Assembly: GCA_001004105.1 (NCBI GenBank)
Contig: LCQK01000002.1
Span: 347-64,346, forward strand
Length of the DNA: 64,000 bases
DNA from: Candidatus Jorgensenbacteria bacterium GW2011_GWB1_50_10
Lineage (GTDB): Bacteria; Patescibacteriota; Minisyncoccia; UBA6257; GWB1-50-10
Reading direction: 5' to 3'
The translations under genes and the position numbers were made by a program. Below the pieces are notes generated by a model. That model saw nothing but the letters and a program-made list of their open reading frames with translations. It was not told where the DNA came from and ran no database searches. How positions within the stretch are numbered: the first letter of the stretch is position 1; every line of letters begins with the position of its first letter. This document shows positions 20,410-28,148 of the stretch, one piece after another.

Positions 20410-20787
20410 TCAACTCTTAACAGCAATCATACTTATCTCAACCCGGGCGCCGAGGGGGAGTTCCTTGACGCAAACCGTTTCGCGGGCGGGGAATGGCTCC
20501 GACATATAGCTTCCGTACACTTCATTCACCTCGCCGTAAAGAGATATATCGGTTACGTAAATCGTAGTTTTGACCACATCCTTAAATGACACCCTAGCCG
20601 CCTCAAGAATCGCTTGCAAATTTTTCATTGCTTGGTGAGTTTGTTCTTCAATGCTCCCCTCAAGTGGTTTCCCCTCCGGCGTTAAGTGTACCTGTCCTGA
20701 AGTAAAAACCATATTGCCGTCTACAACCGCCTGCGAGAAAGGACCAGTTGCTTTTGGGGCTTTTGGAGTTTCAATTTTTTTCTTCAT
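20410..20787 (-). CDS. ridA: RidA/YjgF/UK114 family enamine deaminase
   Basis: APKATGPFSQA, FTSGQV, FPARETVCVKELPLGARVEI. Confidence 0.92.
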   Translation of the reverse strand: MKKKIETPKAPKATGPFSQAVVDGNMVFTSGQVHLTPEGKPLEGSIEEQTHQAMKNLQAILEAARVSFKDVVKTTIYVTDISLYGEVNEVYGSYMSEPFPARETVCVKELPLGARVEISMIAVKS

Positions 20788-20798
20788 TGAGAAATTTT

Positions 20799-21236
20799 TT
20801 AAAAGACTTTGCTGCTGATTTCAATTTTCACTCCCTTGATATAATTTTCTATTGATTTATGAACCCCTAATTTCATAGCTTCCTCCGGTGATTTCCAAAA
20901 GAATTCCTTAAGTTCTCTATCATCCAGTTTTACATCATCCGTCAGCGCTTCGCAGAGAACATGGAAATATACGAGGTGGGCTTTTCTATGAAAAGCGGGG
21001 TCATTAATCAGTTCTCCAATATTCACGCAATAGAGGGGCTTAAGTTTCAGTCCTGTTTCTTCTTCACCCTCTCTTTTTGCGGCCTCTAAAATTGTTTCGC
21101 CGAGCTCCACATGTCCTCCGGGGAGAAGATATTTCTCACCCCATTTGTGTGATTTTATGAGTAGAACTTTTTTCTCTCTATTCACAATAAGTGCAGAAGC
21201 AACCACCTCAGCATAATTGTAATTTTTAGGTGTCAT
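20799..21236 (-). CDS. NUDIX hydrolase
   Basis: PGGHVELGETILEAAKREGEEETGL Nudix box; start placed at ATG 21236. Confidence 0.9.
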   Translation of the reverse strand: MTPKNYNYAEVVASALIVNREKKVLLIKSHKWGEKYLLPGGHVELGETILEAAKREGEEETGLKLKPLYCVNIGELINDPAFHRKAHLVYFHVLCEALTDDVKLDDRELKEFFWKSPEEAMKLGVHKSIENYIKGVKIEISSKVF

Positions 21237-21259
21237 GTTTAGAGATATTAGATTGATTA

Positions 21260-21286
21260 TATAAACCTTTTCTTTTCTAAGCCAGA
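21260..21286. repeat. 27-bp boundary motif (family B end), copy 1
   Basis: TATAAACCTTTTCTTTTCTAAGCCAGA, identical to 58569-58595. Confidence 0.85.
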
Positions 21287-21304
21287 TTTTGAAATAGTGG
21301 GGGA

Positions 21305-22093
21305 TTATCTTCTGATAATAAAATAAAACCCCGGGTATACCATTCCATGGAGACCCTTCTGCGGCTCTTTGCTCTCCAATTGGTTGTTGATTTCCCAATC
21401 ATGAGTCATCGCGTAATGCAAACCGACAAGACCATCCTCGGCCGGAGGATTTTCGCAATAATAACCGTCAACTTGGTCGGAAAGAAGCGTAACCTTGGCT
21501 CCAAAACCGAGTGATAGTTCCTTACCGTTTATAAATTTGTAGCCGCGCTTTTCAATTTCTTGCCACATAGCTTCGGGTATCTTTTTGATTGGGTCGCCGT
21601 ACGGGTAAGTAATGATCTTATTTCCGTTTGCTGAAAGATTCAGCGTTGGCCGTTTTCCGGATTCTTGGTGCTCCTTGCCGATAAATTTGTGAGTCCAGTC
21701 CATTGCCGGGTAGTGGTCAAAGGTGTATAGAGGCAGGCCGTCTTTCTGAATGCTAATAATTAGGCTGTAAATCGGCTCACGGGCGGCATAGCGATACGTC
21801 CCGTCAATTGGGTCTACTGTCAGTAAAAATTCCCCTTCCGGGTCAAATTTGTCCACCAAATCTGTTTTTTCTTCGGCAATCAGACGGCATTGAATAAGCT
21901 CCGTTTTGCTGATGGCGGACAATACCGCTTCTTGAACTGCAAAGTCCGCTTCGGTAACCACGTCAACCTCATCGATTCCCGTACTCTTCTTTTTCTTAGG
22001 AGATATTTCCCGCTGCATCTTCACGGCAATTTTACCCGCCTCAATAAAGGCGGGTTCTAATTTCTTAATCGTTTCTAGATAACTCTCAATCAT
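21305..22093 (-). CDS. Inositol monophosphatase family protein
   Basis: VVTEAD, IAEE, VDPIDGT motifs. Confidence 0.85.
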   Translation of the reverse strand: MIESYLETIKKLEPAFIEAGKIAVKMQREISPKKKKSTGIDEVDVVTEADFAVQEAVLSAISKTELIQCRLIAEEKTDLVDKFDPEGEFLLTVDPIDGTYRYAAREPIYSLIISIQKDGLPLYTFDHYPAMDWTHKFIGKEHQESGKRPTLNLSANGNKIITYPYGDPIKKIPEAMWQEIEKRGYKFINGKELSLGFGAKVTLLSDQVDGYYCENPPAEDGLVGLHYAMTHDWEINNQLESKEPQKGLHGMVYPGFYFIIRR

Positions 22094-22101
22094 TTTTCAA
22101 T

Positions 22102-22128
22102 TATAAACTTTTTCTTTCCTAAGCCAGA
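22102..22128. repeat. 27-bp boundary motif (family B end), copy 2
   Basis: TATAAACTTTTTCTTTCCTAAGCCAGA, 2 mismatches to copy 1. Confidence 0.85.
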
Positions 22129-22263
22129 CACAATTTAAAACTATTGACAAATAACGTAATTTTTGATTCTATTTAAGACAGTTATTTCTGCAGCCGTGCA
22201 AGGCGGCCCCGGCCTCGGGCAGAGGCGAATTTTTTGGCAACCAGCCGAGAAAGGCAGGTTCGT

Positions 22264-22815
22264 ATGAAGTACGGGGAACTTACGCTGGGCCAGGTGGAGG
22301 CGATGGTGAATAAGGTCGGCGGCATGGATGGCGTGAAGCGTCTCCTTGCGGGTGAACTTGCGGTCGGCCCGAAGTGGGAAGTTGAGAGCGTCTTCCGCAT
22401 CGACTGCTGGGGTGATCAAACAGCGAGCGAACTCGTCCGGCTCGGCCAATACGACCGGGTAAATGATTTCGTGACGGACGAGCGATTTCCGCTCGTAAGG
22501 CACGACCCCGAGGAGCGCGTGGTTGAGCTCATTAAACTCGCCAACAAATCGACCTCAGAAGAAGTGCTCCGTGAGTTGGAGGTACGCGGTCTTGCCCGGC
22601 CCACAGCCGAAGACGCTCTCTACTTCGGGAGGAAGTATCTTAGAGAGCAACAGAAGCGCCCAATCGTCTTCCTACATGAGCCGGTGCTTGTCCCGGGTGG
22701 TGACCGCGTCGTTCTCGTCCTGGGCGGGTACGCTTCGAGGCGGAATTTGGACCTGCTCTGGTTTGGATATCGGTGGGATCGGTTCTACGCCTTCGCTGGT
22801 GTCCACAAGAAGTAG
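22264..22815 (+). CDS. Hypothetical protein
   Basis: MKYGELTLGQVEAMVNKVGG start; TTGACA at 22145; terminator at 22840-22869. Confidence 0.75.
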   Translation: MKYGELTLGQVEAMVNKVGGMDGVKRLLAGELAVGPKWEVESVFRIDCWGDQTASELVRLGQYDRVNDFVTDERFPLVRHDPEERVVELIKLANKSTSEEVLRELEVRGLARPTAEDALYFGRKYLREQQKRPIVFLHEPVLVPGGDRVVLVLGGYASRRNLDLLWFGYRWDRFYAFAGVHKK

Positions 22816-22839
22816 AAGATCATCTAGTTCTTGGCAGTC

Positions 22840-22869
22840 AACGGCTGCGTGAGCAATCACGCAGCCGTT
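22840..22869. terminator. Hairpin between convergent genes
   Basis: AACGGCTGCGTGA-GCAA-TCACGCAGCCGTT. Confidence 0.7.
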
Positions 22870-22882
22870 TCTCATTTTTCTA

Positions 22883-24889
22883 CTATCTGGGTTTTTGCCA
22901 GCTTGCGTAGTCGCAGTCGGGGTAGCGGGTGCAGCCGTAGAAAAAGCGGCCCTTGCGGGTGCGGCGGCGGATGACCTCGCCCTCGCCGCATTTCGGGCAT
23001 TTCATTCTTATGCCGTTCTCGTCTTTTAGCCCCACATTTTTCACGAGCGACTTCGCGTTTTTGCATTCAGGGAAACCGGAGCAGGCGAGGAAGCGGCCAA
23101 AACGTCCCGTTTTAATCACCATCGGTTTGCCGCATTTCTCGCAAACTTCCTCGGTTTTCTCTTCCTTCACTAAATCGCTTTTGGAAACTTCCTCATATTT
23201 TTCGCCCAAGTGTTTGGCGAACGGTTCGTAAAAATTCCTGATTACCTTTTGCCACTTTTCTTTGCCTTCGGCGATTTTGTCCAAATCCTCCTCCATTTTG
23301 GCGGTAAAGCCGATATCCACGACAACCGGAAAATGCTCGCGGAGGACTTTGTTCACGAGTTCGCCGAGTTCGGTCGGCTGGAGCCGCCGCCCTTCGTTCT
23401 TTTCCACGTAGTTGCGCGTCTGAATCACGGAGATGGTCGGCGCGTAGGTGGACGGCCGGCCGATGCCCTCGGCCTCCAGCCGCTTGATCAAGCTCGCTTC
23501 GTTGAAGCGGGCCGGCGGTTCGGTGAAGTGCTGAGCGGGATTAACTTTTTCCACCTCTAAATTCTCACCCTCGGAAACTTCCGGCAGTTCTTTTTCTTCA
23601 AATTTCTGCGGCCAAACCTTGAGGAAGCCGTCAAAGCGGAGAACGTTACCATTAGCTGATAGCTGATAGCTGATAGGTGATAGAGAACTCTTGGCGGCAA
23701 TTTCAATGTGGGTGGAATCAAAGCTTGCTTCGGGCATCTGGGAGGCGATGAAACGGCGCCAGATAAGTTCGTAAAGTTTCTTTTCCCCTGCTTCTTCTAA
23801 TTCTATTTTCTCCGGCGTAATTAGTGGATTTGTCGGCCGAACCGCTTCGTGGGCTTCCTGGGCGAGCCGGGATTTGCCTTTGAAGATACGCGGCGAGGAG
23901 AGGAGATATTTTTCGCCGAATTCGTTTCCGATTGTTTTTGCGGCGGCTTCAAGCGACTCGCGGGAGAGATTCACCGAATCCGTCCTCATATAGGTAATGT
24001 GGCCGTTTTCGTAGAGCCGCTGGGCGAACATCATCGTCTGCCTCACGCTCATCCGTAGGCGTTGGGATGCCGCCTGCTGGAGAGTGCTCGTGGTGAAGGG
24101 CGGGAGGGGGTATTTGTGCGTTTCCTTGCTCTCCACGCTCGTCACGCGGCAATCGGACGATTCCAAGTCCTTGGCAATTCTCTTCGCGTCCTTTTCGTTT
24201 TTTAGCCCTAGCTTATCCAGAACCTCGCCGTCAACTTTCGCGAGCGACACTTCAAATTCTTTTTTACCAGATTTTAAAAGAACATCAATTGACCAGTATT
24301 CCTCGGGCTTGAAAGCGCGGATTTCCTCTTCGCGTTCGGCGATGAGGCGCAAAGCGACGGATTGCACCCGGCCGGCGGAGAGCCCGCGGGCGATTTTTTT
24401 CCACAAAAAAGGCGAGAGCTGGTAGCCGACCAGGCGGTCCAAAATCCTTCTCGCCTGCTGGGCATCCACCATGTGCATGTCTATGCCGCGCGGGTTTTTG
24501 AGGGCATCTTCAATGGCCCGCTCGGTGATTTCGTGAAAAACAATCCGCTCCACCTGCGGTAATTTTGAATTTTGAATTTTGAATTTTGAATTTTCCAAGC
24601 CCAGGGCCTCTGCCAGGTGCCAGGCAATTGCTTCGCCCTCGCGGTCTTCATCGGTCGCGAGAATGATTTTGTCGGATTTGGCCGCCAGTTTTTTCAGGGC
24701 CGTGATGGTCTTCCGAGATTTCACGGGAACTATGTAGTGCGGCTCGAAATCTTTATCCACGTCGACACCGAGCTTGGATTTCGGCAAGTCGCGGACGTGG
24801 CCGTAAGAGGACTCTATTTTATATTTGTCGCCAAGAAATTTGCCGATTGTTTTGGCTTTGGTCGGTGATTCAACGATTACGAGGTTCAT
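22883..24889 (-). CDS. topA: DNA topoisomerase I
   Basis: LVIVESPTKAK, ATDEDREGE, SAGRVQS, ITYMRTDS, two C-terminal C4 zinc fingers. Confidence 0.98.
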   Translation of the reverse strand: MNLVIVESPTKAKTIGKFLGDKYKIESSYGHVRDLPKSKLGVDVDKDFEPHYIVPVKSRKTITALKKLAAKSDKIILATDEDREGEAIAWHLAEALGLENSKFKIQNSKLPQVERIVFHEITERAIEDALKNPRGIDMHMVDAQQARRILDRLVGYQLSPFLWKKIARGLSAGRVQSVALRLIAEREEEIRAFKPEEYWSIDVLLKSGKKEFEVSLAKVDGEVLDKLGLKNEKDAKRIAKDLESSDCRVTSVESKETHKYPLPPFTTSTLQQAASQRLRMSVRQTMMFAQRLYENGHITYMRTDSVNLSRESLEAAAKTIGNEFGEKYLLSSPRIFKGKSRLAQEAHEAVRPTNPLITPEKIELEEAGEKKLYELIWRRFIASQMPEASFDSTHIEIAAKSSLSPISYQLSANGNVLRFDGFLKVWPQKFEEKELPEVSEGENLEVEKVNPAQHFTEPPARFNEASLIKRLEAEGIGRPSTYAPTISVIQTRNYVEKNEGRRLQPTELGELVNKVLREHFPVVVDIGFTAKMEEDLDKIAEGKEKWQKVIRNFYEPFAKHLGEKYEEVSKSDLVKEEKTEEVCEKCGKPMVIKTGRFGRFLACSGFPECKNAKSLVKNVGLKDENGIRMKCPKCGEGEVIRRRTRKGRFFYGCTRYPDCDYASWQKPR

Positions 24890-25767
24890 TGGTGTATTCT
24901 GAATTTTCCGTTGCTTTCCTCAATAAATCCATCGAGGGTCAGGAACGTTAATTTTTGTGTCACAACGTTTGGGTCAAGTTTAGTGATTTCGACGAGCTTG
25001 TCAACGTGAAGCGGTTCGGCGGAGTTTTTAATCGTTTCCAAAATCAAAAGCGATGCTTCGTCCTGCGCCGCTTTTTTTGTTTCGTTTTTGGCGGCTAAGT
25101 TGTAGGGCGCGAGCGTTTCGGCTAAATCTTCCAAGACATCTTTAGCGGAAGTGACGATTCTTGCGCCGTTCCGCAAGAGCATATGCGAACCCTCGTAGTT
25201 TTGGTGGCCAGCCCGACCGGGCACGACGAATACTTCGCGGCCCTGGTCCAAAGCGTGTTTGGCCGTGACGAGTGCGCCAGAGTCAATCGGCGCTTCAAGG
25301 ACGATAACCGCAAGCGATAGGCCGCTTACGATTCTGTTTCTTTCCAAAAATTGATGGGGCATTGGCGGCGTGCCGGGGAGATACTCGGATAAAATGCCGC
25401 CGTTTTGATTCAGGATTTTCTGAGCCAGATTGTAGTGGGAATGGGGATAAACTATATCCACGCCGTTGCCGAGCACGGCGAAAGTCCGTCCGCCCGCGGC
25501 GAGCGCCCCTTCGTGGGCGGCCGCATCAATCCCGAGCGCCAGACCGCTTACAATCGTAATGCCCGCCTGGGCGAGGTCGTAGCTAATGGTTTTGGCAACA
25601 GCGAGGCCGTCGTTCGTGGCTTTGCGGGTGCCGACAATAGCGATGAGCGGTTCGTTCTGCGGTAAATGCCCTAAATAGTAAAGTTCCTGCGGCGCACCCT
25701 TAACTTCTTTCAAAAGGGTCGGATAAATTTTATCGGCGAGGGATATTTTCTTAATTGGTAAGGGCAT
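24886..25767 (-). CDS. dprA: DNA-protecting protein DprA
   Basis: AIVGTR, IVSGLALGIDAAAH, FLERNRIVSGLS, SGALVTA. Confidence 0.97.
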   Translation of the reverse strand: MPLPIKKISLADKIYPTLLKEVKGAPQELYYLGHLPQNEPLIAIVGTRKATNDGLAVAKTISYDLAQAGITIVSGLALGIDAAAHEGALAAGGRTFAVLGNGVDIVYPHSHYNLAQKILNQNGGILSEYLPGTPPMPHQFLERNRIVSGLSLAVIVLEAPIDSGALVTAKHALDQGREVFVVPGRAGHQNYEGSHMLLRNGARIVTSAKDVLEDLAETLAPYNLAAKNETKKAAQDEASLLILETIKNSAEPLHVDKLVEITKLDPNVVTQKLTFLTLDGFIEESNGKFRIHQ

Positions 25768-25805
25768 TAAAATTATGATAAAGTTTTAATGTTTATAAGC
25801 AAACG

Positions 25806-26159
25806 ATGCTGGGGATTATTGGTAAAATTTATTCAGAAAGAAAAGTGATGTTCGTTTTGCTCGCCGCCGCCATGGCACTTATGGCTTTTTCCCTGGTTTT
25901 GGTCCTTTTGAACGTCAATGAACTAAGCGCGCCGCTCATTCTTCACTTTGACAAACTGAAAGGCATTGATTTTTTGGGCGAGAAAAGCGACGTCTGGGGA
26001 ATTTGGGCTGGCGGGTTTGCGCTTCTGGTTTTGAATTCGCTCCTCGCTAGCGTCTTTTTCCACCGGGAGCGGGTGCTCGCTTACGTTTTTGCCGGCGTAA
26101 ATCTCTTGTTTGCGGTTCTGGTGCTAGTCGCCTTGGGCGTTATTTTTTCCGTCAACTGA
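25806..26159 (+). CDS. Hypothetical membrane protein (3 TM)
   Basis: Hydrophobic segments, LILHF..GID loop; 1 bp upstream of rmuC. Confidence 0.75.
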   Translation: MLGIIGKIYSERKVMFVLLAAAMALMAFSLVLVLLNVNELSAPLILHFDKLKGIDFLGEKSDVWGIWAGGFALLVLNSLLASVFFHRERVLAYVFAGVNLLFAVLVLVALGVIFSVN

Positions 26160-26160
26160 C

Positions 26161-27201
26161 ATGGATAATCTGCTTATCATAGCCGTATTTGTCCTTGCTG
26201 CCGCCGTAGCAGCGCTCTTATGGTTTATTTTCAAGCGTGGTGGCGCCGGCGGCGACAATCAGTCGATGCTAATGCTTCAGCAGCAATTAAATAACCTCAA
26301 CCGCACTATTGATTCCAAAATCGGCGAATCAACGAAAGCGATGCAGCGGCAGTTCGGCGAGAGCGCGAAAATCATCCGCGACGTGACGGAGCGCCTGACG
26401 CGGCTCGATGAAACGAACAAACAGGTGGTGAATTTCGCCGACCAGCTGAAATCCCTGCAGGATATCCTGAAAAATCCGAAACAGCGCGGGGTTTTGGGAG
26501 AGTATTATCTGGAGACGGTTTTGAAAAACGTGATGCCGCCGGGCACTTACCAGATGCAGTACGAGTTCAAGGACGGCACAATCGTGGATGCGGTGGTTTT
26601 CGTCAAAGAAAAAATCATTCCAATTGATTCCAAGTTCAGCTTGGAAAATTACAATCGTCTCATTGCTACTCGCGATGACGCCGAGAAAAAGCGGTTGGAA
26701 GAGGCGTTTCGGAGCGATTTGAAAACCAGGATTGACGAGACTTCAAAATACATCAAGCCGGGGGAGAACACGATGGATTTCGCTTTCATGTTCATTCCGG
26801 CCGAGGCCGTTTATTACGATTTACTCATCAACAAAGTCGGTTCGGTTGAGGCGCGGGATTTGATTGAATACGCCATAGTGGATAAAAAAGTGATTGTGGT
26901 CTCGCCGACCTCGTTTCTCGCGTATCTTCAAACCGTGCTTCAGGGTTTGAAAGCGCTCCAGATTGAAGAGTCGGCTAAGGAAATCAGAAAAAGAGTGGAA
27001 GAGTTGGGCCGGCACTTGGGCAGTTACGAAACCTACATGAAGAAATTGGGGACGCACTTGGGCACCACGGTTAATATGTATAACAGCGCTTCCAAAGAAC
27101 TCGGCAAAATTGACAAGGACGTTTTGCGCATCAGCGGTCGGGCCGCCGGTATTGAACCAATAAGCATTGATGGACCGAGAAGCGCAGACGAAACGGAATA
27201 A
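26161..27201 (+). CDS. rmuC: DNA recombination protein RmuC
   Basis: N-terminal TM, NPKQRGVLGE, IPIDSKF, DFAFMFIPAEAVY, VSPTSF. Confidence 0.93.
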   Translation: MDNLLIIAVFVLAAAVAALLWFIFKRGGAGGDNQSMLMLQQQLNNLNRTIDSKIGESTKAMQRQFGESAKIIRDVTERLTRLDETNKQVVNFADQLKSLQDILKNPKQRGVLGEYYLETVLKNVMPPGTYQMQYEFKDGTIVDAVVFVKEKIIPIDSKFSLENYNRLIATRDDAEKKRLEEAFRSDLKTRIDETSKYIKPGENTMDFAFMFIPAEAVYYDLLINKVGSVEARDLIEYAIVDKKVIVVSPTSFLAYLQTVLQGLKALQIEESAKEIRKRVEELGRHLGSYETYMKKLGTHLGTTVNMYNSASKELGKIDKDVLRISGRAAGIEPISIDGPRSADETE

Positions 27202-27922
27202 GTTGCTGGAAAAGAAATGGCGGAAGTTTTTGCGCCTCCGGCCGGTTTTTTCGTTCATTCCTTTTCTGGATTTCGTGATTGTTTCGGGTTCTTTAGCCAC
27301 CGGTAACGTTCACGAGAATTCGGATTTTGACGTAATTGTGGGCGCGCGAAAAGGTAAGATTTTCACGGTGCGGGCTTTCTGCGTTTTCGTTTTCGGGATT
27401 TTAGGCCTGCGGCGGCGGGGGATAGACCACAAAGCAGCGTCCAGCGATAAAGTTTGTTTCAATCACTTCGTGACACCGAAGGCCTATCGGCTTTCGCCGC
27501 CCTACAACGATTACTGGGTGAAGCTTTACCAGAATCTCGTGCCGGTTTATGGCAGAGAAAAGGCGGTAAGGGATTTTTTCCGGGCTAACGATTGGGCACT
27601 GCCTGCCGGCAGGCAGGGGCCACGCGAGACAATTTTCAGCGAAAAGTACTGGCAGAGCACAAACCCCAATCCTGCAGGTGGTATACATATGTATACCACC
27701 TGGATTTTAAAGACTTTCTTTGAGTTTGTTTTGCAGGGCTGGATCTTGGGCCGGGTTTTTGAAAAGTTCGTGAAAATCATAGAGCTCCATTACATCAAAA
27801 AGGGAATCAAGAACGGCGCTTTGGGTTTCAAGCCGCGCGTCCGCTACGGCGACGACGAATTGGAATTTCACCCCGACACCGCCCGGATTGAGGAGATGCT
27901 CAAAGAGGACTTGCGTTTTTAG
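27167..27922 (+). CDS. Nucleotidyltransferase-domain protein
   Basis: VSGSLA...SDFDV (GS..DxD) motif; contains two in-frame palindromes. Confidence 0.7.
   Translation: MMDREAQTKRNKLLEKKWRKFLRLRPVFSFIPFLDFVIVSGSLATGNVHENSDFDVIVGARKGKIFTVRAFCVFVFGILGLRRRGIDHKAASSDKVCFNHFVTPKAYRLSPPYNDYWVKLYQNLVPVYGREKAVRDFFRANDWALPAGRQGPRETIFSEKYWQSTNPNPAGGIHMYTTWILKTFFEFVLQGWILGRVFEKFVKIIELHYIKKGIKNGALGFKPRVRYGDDELEFHPDTARIEEMLKEDLRF
27599..27616. repeat. 18-bp palindrome inside CDS, encodes LPAGRQ
   Basis: CTGCCTGCCGGCAGGCAG. Confidence 0.8.
27675..27702. repeat. Perfect 28-bp palindrome inside CDS; solo copy of the TrpR-2 flanking palindrome
   Basis: CAGGTGGTATACATATGTATACCACCTG; inner 26 bp identical to the centre of 40487-40526. 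Confidence 0.9.
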
Positions 27923-27939
27923 GAATGCCGTGATACAAT
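27911..27939 (+). promoter_or_regulatory. Putative sigma70 promoter with extended -10
   Basis: TTGCGT-17 bp-TACAAT preceded by TGn. Confidence 0.55.
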
Positions 27940-27945
27940 GCTATT

Positions 27946-28031
27946 GGTGATGTGTTAATTCCCTTGGCGATCACATCGACAAAGGAATTACCCCAATTCC
28001 ACAAGCCGCCGCAAGGCGGCTTGTGGTTTTT
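27946..28031 (+). ncRNA. Candidate small RNA with possible H-type pseudoknot and terminator
   Basis: GATGTG/CACATC stem whose loop TAATTCC can pair with downstream GGAATTA; terminator CCACAAGCCGCC-GCAA-GGCGGCTTGTGG-TTTTT. Confidence 0.4.
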
Positions 28032-28148
28032 GCTTTTAAAAAGCCCTTATTTTATGCTTATTTTGAGGTGATTGGACTGCTTGAGCGGCCGCGGATTCGA
28101 GCACTCACCAAGTAATAAAAAAATTGGAGGTCACCGCCGCGGTCGCTC

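Noticed and set aside
19579..22128. Classical integron cassette array
   Set aside because: No integrase and no RYYYAAC...GTTRRRY attC hairpins were seen; the 27-bp motif is reported separately.
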